DNA of 64,000 nucleotides from Desulfomonilia bacterium (GTDB taxonomy: Bacteria; Desulfobacterota; Desulfomonilia; UBA1062), in assembly GCA_963664325.2 (NCBI GenBank), contig CAXXDQ010000007.1, positions 896,001 to 960,000 on the forward strand. Reading direction: 5' to 3'. The notes under the pieces are model-generated. The model had not been told where the DNA came from. It did not search any database and saw nothing but the letters and a program-made list of their open reading frames with translations. Shown in pieces: positions 10,781-20,627 of the stretch. The position numbers were made by a program, and so were the translations under genes. Within the stretch, counting starts at the first letter, position 1; each line of letters opens with the position of its first letter.

Positions 10781-11035
10781 AATAACATTTTCCGTTTGTA
10801 AATTTGATTGGTTTCCGCCTTTTACTGCATGGCTGATGATTATACCGCTGCGGTGAAAAAATCCAAGCCCTTATCGGAAATTGCCCCTTCCGAAAACGCA
10901 TTGATGCCTTGGGAATGTCCCAGCCGCTAATCTTTTCATTGTCAGTTACAGCGAATTTCTGTTTCATTCGTCTGCAAATCAATGTAAGAATCTACCTGTC
11001 TCCGATTATTCTTATTCATAACAAGGAGGTTTGTT

Positions 11036-12205
11036 ATGGAAAGGGTTGAGAGGGTCAAAACAGCTTTACTTCACAAAGAACCAGACAGGGTCCCGACAGT
11101 CTCATGCATCGATGTACAAAAACATATCTATGAAATCCTCGGAGAAAAACCTGACAACTCGTACAAATATATCCAAAACCCGATTTCCGCTAAAATAATC
11201 GATTATATCGCCCCGCTGCTCAACAGGATCGGGGTTTTTGAGCGGGACGTACAGGAGTTCATGCTCAAGAAGATAAGCTCCGACATAATCATGGGCTATG
11301 ACTCCACCTGGGCTATCTATGCCAACATATTCCTGTTCAAGGATTCGCGCTTTATGACTGACGTTTATGGAGGAAGGCTTTATAAGATAGTGGATGACGG
11401 CTACGGAAACATGGACACTCCCATGTATGTCGATGGAACCTTCAAGAGCCCCGACGACTGGCGGCGTTTCAATAAAAACTACTGGGAGGCGCTGCCTGAG
11501 AAGATGTTCAGGTTCAACAGGCTGATCAGCAAAGAGTTCGGAAAGGACATCTATATCTTCGGTTCGCTGTTCATGGGGCTTTTTGAAAATGCATGGCAGC
11601 CGTTCGGGTTTTCAACCTTTGCCAGATTTGTAAAGAAGGAAAGGGCGTTTATGGAAGAGGTCATCGAATACAACAAGAACATCTACCTTCAGGTTATCGA
11701 CGCCACGGCGGATGCGGGTCTGCCGGGTTTCATCTATTCAGACGACATGGCCTTCAAGACCGGCCCCCTGCTCAACCCGAAGGTTGAAGACGAACTGTTC
11801 GGAAACGCCTTTAAAGAGATCACGGACAGGGCTCACAAGAAGGGGCTGTCCATTATCGTACATACCGACGGGTGGACTATTCCACTGCTGCCGTATTTCG
11901 TCAAATGGGGATTTGACGGCCACCACGCGCTCGAGCCGACGGCAAACGTCGATCTGGCTCAATGCAGGGAGGTGATAGGCCATCAGCTCGCCCTGCTCGG
12001 GCATCTCGATATCTCCCACGTGCTCGTCAAGGGTTCCCGTGAAGAGGTATTCGCCCAGGTGAAAGAATCGATACTCAAGGCGGGTCAGGGCGGAGGTCTG
12101 ATACTAGGCCCATGCAACTCGCATGCGGATATCCGGGTGCAGAACATACGCTGGATGATGGAGGCGGTTGAAGAGTTCGGAAACTACCCTCTTGGAACCT
12201 GCTGA
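11036..12205 (+). CDS. Uroporphyrinogen decarboxylase family / MtaA-like methyltransferase
   Basis: ERVKTAL..KEPDRVP, SDDMA, HTDG, GGGLILGPCNS; RBS AAGGAGG. Confidence 0.8.
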   Translation: MERVERVKTALLHKEPDRVPTVSCIDVQKHIYEILGEKPDNSYKYIQNPISAKIIDYIAPLLNRIGVFERDVQEFMLKKISSDIIMGYDSTWAIYANIFLFKDSRFMTDVYGGRLYKIVDDGYGNMDTPMYVDGTFKSPDDWRRFNKNYWEALPEKMFRFNRLISKEFGKDIYIFGSLFMGLFENAWQPFGFSTFARFVKKERAFMEEVIEYNKNIYLQVIDATADAGLPGFIYSDDMAFKTGPLLNPKVEDELFGNAFKEITDRAHKKGLSIIVHTDGWTIPLLPYFVKWGFDGHHALEPTANVDLAQCREVIGHQLALLGHLDISHVLVKGSREEVFAQVKESILKAGQGGGLILGPCNSHADIRVQNIRWMMEAVEEFGNYPLGTC

Positions 12206-12329
12206 AAGAACCTGCGGTTCTGCATATTATCCCGAAGGGCGGTTCCGGCTTATTCGCCTGGGAGCTTCAAAACGTCTCTCATGCTTGAAACCGTTTGCCC
12301 GGCGCATTATTAACAAGTAAGGTGATAAA

Positions 12330-13037
12330 ATGAAGGACGACGCCAAAATACCGCGAAAGAATGCAAGGGGCCGTGCGTCTTCGCTGAATGTACAGCTCGA
12401 GATCTACGGCAACATGATACAGAACTGTGCCGTGGCGATATTCGCCATTGACACCGGACACCGCGTGATCCACTGGAACAGGGCCTGCGAAGGGCTCACC
12501 GGCATCATGGCATCCGAAGTGCTCGGAACGGGCGGACACTGGAAGGCCTTTTACGAACATGAAAGGCCCTGCCTGTCGGACCTCATCGTTGACGGCGACC
12601 TCAATAACCTGGGCGAGCTCTACGGCGACCACGGACCGTCGGTGCTCATCTCTCAAGGGCTGCACGCCGAAGGATGGTATCCCGATGTGGGAGGCAAAAG
12701 GCGCTACCTCATCTTCGATGCCTCTCCCATCTACCATCATGACGGCAAGCTGCTGGGCGCGGTGGAGACACTTCAGGACATCACGGCCCGCAAGCTTATG
12801 GAAGAAGAGAAGCTGCGTCTCAATGACGAGCTGATCAAGGCCATGAACCAGATCAAGACCCTGAGCGGCCTGATACCCATCTGTGCGGCCTGTAAGAAGA
12901 TCAGGGATGACAAGGGTTACTGGAACCAGATCGAGAGCTATCTCGAAGAGCACTCGGAAGTGGAGTTCAGCCACGGGTTGTGCCCCGAGTGCTTTCGTAT
13001 CTATTTCCCCGAGGCTGCAAAGGCCCGCGAGGAATGA
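12330..13037 (+). CDS. PAS-domain protein with C-terminal CxxC...H-x2-CxxC domain
   Basis: PAS (WNRACEGLTG...GAVETLQDIT) followed by LSGLIPICAACKKIRDDKGYW...FSHGLCPEC. Confidence 0.8.
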   Translation: MKDDAKIPRKNARGRASSLNVQLEIYGNMIQNCAVAIFAIDTGHRVIHWNRACEGLTGIMASEVLGTGGHWKAFYEHERPCLSDLIVDGDLNNLGELYGDHGPSVLISQGLHAEGWYPDVGGKRRYLIFDASPIYHHDGKLLGAVETLQDITARKLMEEEKLRLNDELIKAMNQIKTLSGLIPICAACKKIRDDKGYWNQIESYLEEHSEVEFSHGLCPECFRIYFPEAAKAREE

Positions 13038-13246
13038 CCTGAGCGGCCGTCCTCACACCTGTGCCGAGACCTTTTTTCCGAGACTTAAGATATGGCCAAA
13101 AGAAAAAAGAAATGATACTTTGGATCCATACATCATGATTTGCTCTTTAGGTTCCTATAATGAGGCTATGCCGTCTCATTAAACTGATAACCGGTAAATC
13201 ATTGAGCAAAAGGCCCTGCTGAAAATAATTTCCAGGGGAGATCGTT

Positions 13247-14488
13247 GTGGCGAATATCATGTTGAAGCTCTCAAAGGGCATCCTTTACGGAAAAGGCGTC
13301 CGCCTGGGCGCGCTCGATGGTTATGAGCGGCTCATTGCAGCACTCTATGGAACCCCCGACAGGGTACCGGTGATTCTTCAACCTTATCTTTACGCCATGC
13401 ACCTGAACGGCCTGTCCAGCCGGCAATTTTTCCGTGAACCCGTCCCCTTTATACATGCCTCTTATAACACGGCACAATATTTCGGGGTCGATACATTCTC
13501 ACCCGTATTCGACTTTTACAACATTGAAGCTGAGGCCCTGGGACAGAGCCTGACCTGGGATGAGCAAAGGGAGCCTGCCGTCAATATAAACGACTTCCTG
13601 ATAAAGGAGAAGAAAGACCTTAACGGTCTGAGACCGCCTGTACCGGGGAAGAGCGGCCGCATGCCTTATGTACTTGAAGCTTACAGTCGCTACAGTGAGA
13701 TCATGAAGATGCCGCCGATATGCTACTGCTGTTCACCCTTCACCATGGCTGTACTCATTCGCGGGCTGAACAAGCTCGTCGTGGATATGCGCAGAGACCC
13801 GCGTTTTGTTCACGACCTCATGTCTTTCCTCAGCATGGAGGTCGTGGTCCCGTGGATCGCCAGGATGGTTAAGGAAACCGGCTCATCGATGGCGGTGATG
13901 TCCGACGCCTGGGCCAGCCCTCCCATCGTATCCCCGGACATAATCCGGGAATTCTGCCTGCCCTATGTGAAGAAGGTCATCAGTGAGACATCCACGCCGC
14001 AGTGCACTGTTGTCGATACAGGGACCTGGGGGGAAAGCCGCGTCAAAAATCCGAGGGAAATACTGGACATCAAGATGGATATGATGCTCTCGGGAAACAA
14101 TCTTCATTTCATGCGGCCTTATTACCTGCTGGTATGGCATGAAGACTATGAAAAGGCGGGCATTCCGGTCATCCGCTCCTATGCAGAGGAAAAGAAAATA
14201 TGCCTGATGCTCAATGTACAGCATGATATTCTGGCAAAGGGTACGCCGGAGACCGTCGCCGAAAGGGTGCGCAGGCTGATCAGGGAAGGCGCGGGGAAAG
14301 GAAAATTCGCCGTGCTGATCAATATGGTGTCCCCCGATACGCCGCTGGAAAATGTTCATGCCGCTGTGGCGGCCGTGAAACAGTTCGGCGTATATCCCAT
14401 ACCGGGTGATATCGACCGGCAGCCTTTCCGGAAGCCGGCCTTCCCGCTATTCGACCGGTGGGTGAGAGATCAAGGACTGCCGGTTTAG
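13247..14488 (+). CDS. URO-D family / MtaA-like methyltransferase
   Basis: PDRVPV, GRMPYVLEA, SPFTMA, DTPLENVHA; GTG start with GGGGAG RBS. Confidence 0.75.
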   Translation: MANIMLKLSKGILYGKGVRLGALDGYERLIAALYGTPDRVPVILQPYLYAMHLNGLSSRQFFREPVPFIHASYNTAQYFGVDTFSPVFDFYNIEAEALGQSLTWDEQREPAVNINDFLIKEKKDLNGLRPPVPGKSGRMPYVLEAYSRYSEIMKMPPICYCCSPFTMAVLIRGLNKLVVDMRRDPRFVHDLMSFLSMEVVVPWIARMVKETGSSMAVMSDAWASPPIVSPDIIREFCLPYVKKVISETSTPQCTVVDTGTWGESRVKNPREILDIKMDMMLSGNNLHFMRPYYLLVWHEDYEKAGIPVIRSYAEEKKICLMLNVQHDILAKGTPETVAERVRRLIREGAGKGKFAVLINMVSPDTPLENVHAAVAAVKQFGVYPIPGDIDRQPFRKPAFPLFDRWVRDQGLPV

Positions 14489-14565
14489 GATGGCATGTAT
14501 TCGGAACTCGAAGCCGGAAAAAAGATACAATCAGTACCCACGGTATGTTTCATAAGGAGGAACGG

Positions 14566-16485
14566 ATGACGCACAGGGAACGTATTCTCAAAACCATGCG
14601 CGGCGAGATGGCGGATGTGATCCCCTTTGTGCCCCGCCTTGACCTCTGGTGGCTGGGAAATGCAAGCCGAGGGACCCTGCCGCAGGAGTTTGCCGGCATG
14701 GGCCCGGATGAGATTTCGCGTGCCGAAGGCTGGCCCGTGTATCATATGGTACCTGCCTTTGCGGATGTCGGCAGCATGGATGATGTGCTGCACCGGGCTA
14801 TCGGGCTCTTCAATTTCAAGCAGTCGGTATACGGCTGGAGGTTTTCACCGGACGTCGAGGTGCGCACGCACGATGAAAACGGACAGCAGATCATAGAATA
14901 CCACACCCCCCTGGGCATGGTCCGGACGGCAGGGGGTCTTACCGAGGCCATGAAACGGGCCGGGGCTTCGCTCGGATGGGTCCAGGAACACATCCTCAAA
15001 CGGGTTGAGGATTACCGGATCGTGGGCCATATCTTTGAAAATATCGAGGTCTTCCCCCAATACGCAGGGGCAGCGGAATACATCGCCAAGGTGGGGGACG
15101 ACGGAGTGGCTGCGGCCGGCGGCCCGACTCTGGGGGCTTCGCCCATGCATATGATACAGAAGGACCTCATCGACACCACCCGGTTCTACTACGCCTATAA
15201 GGACCACTACCCTCACATGCGCGATCTGGCCGAGCGTATCGAGGTGTACTTCGCAAAGGTGCTGGACGTGATCTCGCAATCCCCGGCCGAGGTCGTGCTG
15301 TGGGGGGCCAATTATGACGACATGATCACGTACCCGCCCTATTTTGAACGGGAGATCCTTCCATGGCTCAGAAAGGCATCCGAAGTGCTCGGAAGCAGGG
15401 GCAAAATCGTGGCCACCCATACCGACGGTGAAAACCGGGGGCTCATGGATCTAATCAGAGACAGCGGCGTGCATGTAGCGGAATCCGTCACTCCATATCC
15501 CATGACCAGGGTCACTCTGGAAGAGTACTACCGCCGCTGGCGCGGCAAGCTCACCATCATGGGCGGCATACCGGAATCGCTCCTGCTCAGGGAATCCACC
15601 TCTGATGAAGATTTCGAGGCCTTCCTTGATAATCTTTTCGCCAAACTCATCCCCGGAGACCGGCTCATTCTCGGCACGGCCGACTCGACACCGCCCGATG
15701 CGGTCTTTGACCGGCTGCGGCGTATTGCGGACCGGGCGGCAGGAGAAGGAAAACTGCCTTTGCGCATGCGGGGAAAGAGCCCGGGCCCTGACCCCGAGGA
15801 CGTCATCAAGGGAACAGGAAAGATATCGTCCGGGGAACAGGATGAGCTGTACGCGCCCGTCCTATCCTACCTGGCTGATGGGGACGAGAAGGCCCTTACG
15901 GAGCAGGTTGAGGCCCTCCTTGCGCAGGGCCTTCCGGCGCGCGATATCCTGCACAATGGACTCATCCGCGGCATGCTCATAATCGGCGAACAGTTCAAGG
16001 CCGGCGACATCTTCATCCCCGAGGTGCTCCTCGCCGCCCGGGCCATGAACAGCGCGCTTGCCGTCCTGGAGCCCCGGCTGACGCAAGCCGACAGGGGCGC
16101 CAGGCATCTCGTGCTGATCGGCACCGTAGAGGGAGACTTGCACGACATCGGCAAGAACATCGTGGCCATCATGCTCAGGGGTGCAGGCTTCGAGGTGCAT
16201 GACCTGGGAATCAATGTCGCAAGTGAAGAATTCATTCGACAGGTCGAGGAGCGCAAGCCTAGTATTCTGGCCCTTTCCGCCCTGCTCACCACTACAATGC
16301 CGGCAATGAAGGTCATCATCTCGGGTCTGAAGAACAGGGGCCTGAGGGAAAAGGTCAAGGTCATGGTTGGGGGGGCGCCTGTGAACCAGAAGTTCGCCGA
16401 CGATATCGGTGCGGACGCCTATGCCGGGGATGCCGGGGCAGTGGTGGAGGCCGCACAGAGGATACTTGAAGGCCCGTCAGGGTAA
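14566..16485 (+). CDS. URO-D-like methyltransferase fused to a cobalamin-binding corrinoid protein domain
   Basis: N-terminal MTHRERIL..., HTDGEN, MGGIP; C-terminal FIPEVLLAARAM, GTVEGDLHDIGKNIV, SALLTTTM, VMVGGAP; RBS AAGGAGG. Confidence 0.85.
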   Translation: MTHRERILKTMRGEMADVIPFVPRLDLWWLGNASRGTLPQEFAGMGPDEISRAEGWPVYHMVPAFADVGSMDDVLHRAIGLFNFKQSVYGWRFSPDVEVRTHDENGQQIIEYHTPLGMVRTAGGLTEAMKRAGASLGWVQEHILKRVEDYRIVGHIFENIEVFPQYAGAAEYIAKVGDDGVAAAGGPTLGASPMHMIQKDLIDTTRFYYAYKDHYPHMRDLAERIEVYFAKVLDVISQSPAEVVLWGANYDDMITYPPYFEREILPWLRKASEVLGSRGKIVATHTDGENRGLMDLIRDSGVHVAESVTPYPMTRVTLEEYYRRWRGKLTIMGGIPESLLLRESTSDEDFEAFLDNLFAKLIPGDRLILGTADSTPPDAVFDRLRRIADRAAGEGKLPLRMRGKSPGPDPEDVIKGTGKISSGEQDELYAPVLSYLADGDEKALTEQVEALLAQGLPARDILHNGLIRGMLIIGEQFKAGDIFIPEVLLAARAMNSALAVLEPRLTQADRGARHLVLIGTVEGDLHDIGKNIVAIMLRGAGFEVHDLGINVASEEFIRQVEERKPSILALSALLTTTMPAMKVIISGLKNRGLREKVKVMVGGAPVNQKFADDIGADAYAGDAGAVVEAAQRILEGPSG

Positions 16486-16726
16486 TGAAGACGATTTAAG
16501 GTCATTGCCGAGTGCATCGGCCGTTGCCATCATATCTGCCGGAATCCGGCTCGATCATTAACCGGCGGGATGCTGCCTCCCGAGCAACCATCAATGCCCA
16601 GGAGGTCGGCATGAAACGCTTCAGTTCCTGGCCCGGAGGCGTTTCAAAACAATAAACAATTGATAAACACCTCCTTTTCATGCCAATATGGTGGCACTGC
16701 ACTTTGCTTATAATGGGGAGAGCCTG

Positions 16727-18130
16727 ATGCCGGCGTCATTGAAAACTCATCATTTGAAATTGATTATATTATTATCTGCTTGTGCAGTTTTCAGCGTTTC
16801 GTGCCAGAACACCGGACCGGAAATAATCTCCCCCGCTGATAACGGCCTGGTTTATGGAAATGCATGTAAACTTATTGTCAGAAGCTTCAGCAGGCCGGAT
16901 TTCAAGATTATTCTGGACGGCGAAGAATGCACCCCGTCCTGGCTTAAAGAGGCCTGGCCGTTCAGGTGGATGGCGGTGATAGCCGTTCCCCGGAAAGGCG
17001 AACATGCGCTTATATTAAAAAGGGGCGCCATTGAAATAGCCGGGATAAGGTTCAACAGCGGCCTCAGCATTGGAGAGATTGCCGGAAAAGTCATAGGCCA
17101 GTACTTTTCTGACAACTATCCGGAGGACCTCAAATGGGACTGGACGCCCGCCGTATTTCTCTATGGTCTAATGAAATATGCGCCCTATTCATCAGATGAG
17201 GGGCGATGCATCGCTTACGTCAGCGCCTATCACAGGAGCTGGCTCGAAAAAGGCCTTCCCGACATAAACTGGGCGGACGAATGCCCTCCGGCCCTGTCTG
17301 CGCTGATGCTCAGGGAGCTCTACGGAATTGATTTCGCAATGCCGGCTGTCATAAAAACGGCTTCATACATCAGGACCGCTCCCAGAAATGCCCTGGGGAG
17401 TATCGACCACCTGGGCTCAAGCCTGTTTTCGCTTGTCTACCCCGACTCCATATGGGTTGATTCGCTCATGATGTGGGCGCTGCCTGCTGTCATGTACGGC
17501 GTTGATGCAAACGACAGCGGCCTTCTCGAATTCGGCATTGCCCAGCCTTTCATTTTCGCAGACAGGCTGCTCGACAATGAAACCGGGCTTTTTCATCACG
17601 CCTGGAATATTGAGGCGGACACCCTCTGCCCGAAAGACAATGCGATATGGCTCAGGGGAAACGCATGGGTCCTGGTCTCCGTCCTCGAGATGATCTCGAT
17701 TCTGGATAAAAATCATCCCCGGCATCCGGAGCTCTGCGGCCTGTTCAGAAGTCTTGCAGAGAGCGCGCTGGCCTTCCGCCAGCCCTCAGGCTTCTGGGAC
17801 ACCGTAATGGATGAGCCAGGGTACGCCTACGAGGAAAGTTCGGGTTCGGCGCTCTTCGCCTATGCCTATGCAAAGGGGTACAGGCTGGGCCTGCTCGAAG
17901 AACCTTACATGGCGGCTGCCCGGGACACCTTTTCATCGATTACGGCAAGGCTGATAAAAGGCTCTGCCGGCTATTCCGTAACGGGCGTCTCCTCCGGCAC
18001 GATCCCCTCGGACAGGCTCGGCTATAAACTTGTCCCTACAGGGGACAACATCCTCTACGGGGCAGGCGCATATCTGATGCTGGCATCAGAAATGATTATT
18101 TCTGAAAATCAGTCAGGCCTGTCACATTAA
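16727..18130 (+). CDS. Glycoside hydrolase family 105/88-like lipoprotein
   Basis: Lipobox-like FSVSC; WDWT, WVDSLMM, TGLFHHAW, WLRGNAW, ESSGSALF motifs. Confidence 0.75.
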   Translation: MPASLKTHHLKLIILLSACAVFSVSCQNTGPEIISPADNGLVYGNACKLIVRSFSRPDFKIILDGEECTPSWLKEAWPFRWMAVIAVPRKGEHALILKRGAIEIAGIRFNSGLSIGEIAGKVIGQYFSDNYPEDLKWDWTPAVFLYGLMKYAPYSSDEGRCIAYVSAYHRSWLEKGLPDINWADECPPALSALMLRELYGIDFAMPAVIKTASYIRTAPRNALGSIDHLGSSLFSLVYPDSIWVDSLMMWALPAVMYGVDANDSGLLEFGIAQPFIFADRLLDNETGLFHHAWNIEADTLCPKDNAIWLRGNAWVLVSVLEMISILDKNHPRHPELCGLFRSLAESALAFRQPSGFWDTVMDEPGYAYEESSGSALFAYAYAKGYRLGLLEEPYMAAARDTFSSITARLIKGSAGYSVTGVSSGTIPSDRLGYKLVPTGDNILYGAGAYLMLASEMIISENQSGLSH

Positions 18131-18151
18131 GGCCTCCCGTGACCGGTCTTC

Positions 18152-18616
18152 TTATGGCTTGGACCCTGGCAGCCAGCGGGGTACGGACGCCCTGTAGGTT
18201 TCCCATTCTTTTCCAAATTGAGCCGCCATCCACGGCTCTTCATATCTGACGACCCGGACATGGAATCCGGCTGCAAGCACAAGCATGTAAGCGCCGAGCA
18301 GAATGGACGACAGATACAGCGACCAGCCGAGCACCAGCAGAAGCACGCCGATGTACATGGGATTTCTCACATAGCGGTATAATCCAACAGTGACGATCTT
18401 CCGGGGCGGGTCCCACGGGGCGAGAGTGCCCTTTCCTGATACATAAAAATTCCTGACGCACCAGAGCAGAAGAAATGCCCCGGCAAACATCACAACAAGG
18501 CCCGGCATCCACACCGCGCCGCGCCACGGGTCAAAATAAGCGATGACCGGGGGTGCCATGCCTGCCGCAACACCGGGCAGGACTATGAAAGAGAGCAACG
18601 CTCGCATGAACATCAT
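18152..18616 (-). CDS. Isoprenylcysteine carboxyl methyltransferase / PEMT family protein
   Basis: GTLAPWDPP, GLYRYVRNPMY, EE...FG..W..Y...VPRW. Confidence 0.85.
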   Translation of the reverse strand: MMFMRALLSFIVLPGVAAGMAPPVIAYFDPWRGAVWMPGLVVMFAGAFLLLWCVRNFYVSGKGTLAPWDPPRKIVTVGLYRYVRNPMYIGVLLLVLGWSLYLSSILLGAYMLVLAAGFHVRVVRYEEPWMAAQFGKEWETYRASVPRWLPGSKP

Positions 18617-18682
18617 GGCTCAAGATTGATGATTAGAGGCCTTCAGGCTTCTTTGAATCCCTGAAGTGTCAGGCTGCATGAA

Positions 18683-19555
18683 TTAATCAGCATATTCCCC
18701 TTCCTGCAGATACCCGCCTTCAGGCTCCGGACCGGGACCTGCAGGCCCGGGAGCAAGTGGGAGGAATTCAGCAGGCATACGGACTTTGTCCTTGAACTCA
18801 TCGATAACAGCGGCTTGACCCAGCACCGCAAGCAATGCCGCTGCCGCATTATCCGCGGCCTTCCTGACATTGCGGATTATCCTGAAAGAGCCGAGCGCGA
18901 GCTTAGGCTTGAGGAGGACCATTCTGGCGGCCTTGCCGATGCTTAGGTTGAAGTCTTCGTCCGTCATGGCCTCGAGGTCGAAGGACAAAGGCTCCAGGGG
19001 CCCGTCGCTCACGGCGCGCAGGGCTATGAGGGCCGTCCCGTGCCCGGCTGCAACCTGCGCAATGCCGGCCGTCTCCATGTCAAAAAAGGGGTGCGCCAGC
19101 TCATCAGGCAGAAGCCGGGCCGGGTTGGACATGCGCGTTGTGACGGCCGTACCTGTTGCCAGGCGGGCCCCGCACAGCCCGAGTACACGCACGGCCGCCT
19201 GCCAGGCTGCATCGGATAAGGGCTCAAGCTGCCGGAACAGGATCTCTTTGTGTCTCTCCAGCAGGAAGGTCTGACTGGCGGCGATGACATCACCGATCTC
19301 GAGATCGTCCCTTGCAGCGCCCGCCACACCGAAGGATACCAGAAGCCGCGGACGCTCTTCGGCAATAAGGGTACGGGCGGCATCCATGGCGCGCTTTATG
19401 CCGATGCCGGATTTGACCAGGAGGCAGTTCCGGCCGGACAGCTGAAAACGGTAGCAGGGGAACGGGCCCAGTCTGGTGCGTTCGGTTTTTCCGGCGCACT
19501 TAAGGAGCGCCCTGCATTCCTGTGTCATGGCAGCGATGATCCCGACAGTTTCCAT
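18683..19555 (-). CDS. Nucleoside phosphorylase / MTA-SAH nucleosidase-like protein
   Basis: GIIAAM.QE, SGIG, GVAGA, DMET, RAVSD. Confidence 0.75.
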   Translation of the reverse strand: METVGIIAAMTQECRALLKCAGKTERTRLGPFPCYRFQLSGRNCLLVKSGIGIKRAMDAARTLIAEERPRLLVSFGVAGAARDDLEIGDVIAASQTFLLERHKEILFRQLEPLSDAAWQAAVRVLGLCGARLATGTAVTTRMSNPARLLPDELAHPFFDMETAGIAQVAAGHGTALIALRAVSDGPLEPLSFDLEAMTDEDFNLSIGKAARMVLLKPKLALGSFRIIRNVRKAADNAAAALLAVLGQAAVIDEFKDKVRMPAEFLPLAPGPAGPGPEPEGGYLQEGEYAD

Positions 19556-19611
19556 AGTATTCCTTTCTGTATCCGGCCGTTATCCTGTTTACTCAGGAAT
19601 AAAGCACCGGC

Positions 19612-20085
19612 TCATTGATCGCAGCTCATACCCCCCAGCAATTTCCAGCGGCCGCCTGTTTTCACCCATGTATGGGTTATCCGTGAGGATTGTGTCTTCG
19701 CTCCTGCGGCGTCACCGCAATCAACGTTGATGATGTATTGAGTCAATGCGACATCTCCCTGCACCCGGATGCCTTTCCGTTCGATCTTGAAAGTGCATGA
19801 AGAGGGTCCGGAAATCAACTGTTTCATGAAGCGGGCGCTTCCCTCCTTGTCAACCGGTTGCGGCACATTGCCCGGCCATCCGAGAAACCGGCTGTGTACA
19901 ATATCAAGAACCGCCTCGTAATCCGCCTTGTAGAGGTTTGTAAAGTAAGCCTCTTCCAGTGCCCAAATGTTTTCTTCCACCGCGTCCCCCCTGCTGACAG
20001 CACCCGATACCGCTGAATAAGCCTGTGGACAGGAGAAAAGAAAACCTGCCAGAAGGACCGCCAGCAGCAGGGCTGTGCTCTTCAT
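19612..20085 (-). CDS. Exported NTF2/DUF4440-like protein
   Basis: Signal peptide; C-terminal RITHTWVKTGGRWKL typical of SnoaL/NTF2 folds. Confidence 0.7.
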   Translation of the reverse strand: MKSTALLLAVLLAGFLFSCPQAYSAVSGAVSRGDAVEENIWALEEAYFTNLYKADYEAVLDIVHSRFLGWPGNVPQPVDKEGSARFMKQLISGPSSCTFKIERKGIRVQGDVALTQYIINVDCGDAAGAKTQSSRITHTWVKTGGRWKLLGGMSCDQ

Positions 20086-20166
20086 TGAAATGTCCCCGTC
20101 TTTCCCGGTTTTCCTGGCCCCTTCAATTAATCATCCCCTTGGTTTCCCTGGTCCCCCTGACCGTCC

Positions 20167-20487
20167 TCAATATGACATCAGGGCTATGCCTGCGACAACG
20201 ACTGCACCGCCGATCATGTTAATGAAACTTATTCTTTCACCGAAGATTATACTGGACAAGAGTATCATCAGGAATATGCATGCCCCGGAAAACACGGGAT
20301 ATGCAATGCTTAATTGTATGTCCTTGAGCGCTTTCGTGAAGAACAGCACGTTGATTCCTCCAAGGACCAGCCCGATTGCGAATATCACGAACCAGAGAAC
20401 GCTGCTTTGCCTGCTTGAAATGCTCTTGTACAAGAGGTAGGATATAACGTTGAAAGCAACCGACAGGAACAAGTAAACATATCTCAT
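20167..20487 (-). CDS. SMR/EamA-like small membrane transporter
   Basis: About 106 aa, four TM helices, LSIAYPVFSG. Confidence 0.75.
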   Translation of the reverse strand: MRYVYLFLSVAFNVISYLLYKSISSRQSSVLWFVIFAIGLVLGGINVLFFTKALKDIQLSIAYPVFSGACIFLMILLSSIIFGERISFINMIGGAVVVAGIALMSY

Positions 20488-20627
20488 TTTACGCCCTCCG
20501 CATGTTTGCATGAAAGACCGCATCCAGACATTCAACAGGTTCTGTCGAATGCAGCGGCCCGGCCCCTGTTGCCTGCTTCAGATCGCAAGGTCATGTGCGT
20601 CCCGGTTCCGTATCAGGCCGGGGCTCT

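Noticed and set aside
4321-19555. Hopanoid cluster (HpnA-like plus HpnG-like genes)
   Set aside because: The two genes are 13 kb apart, belong to broad families, and no shc/hpnCDE/hpnH is present.
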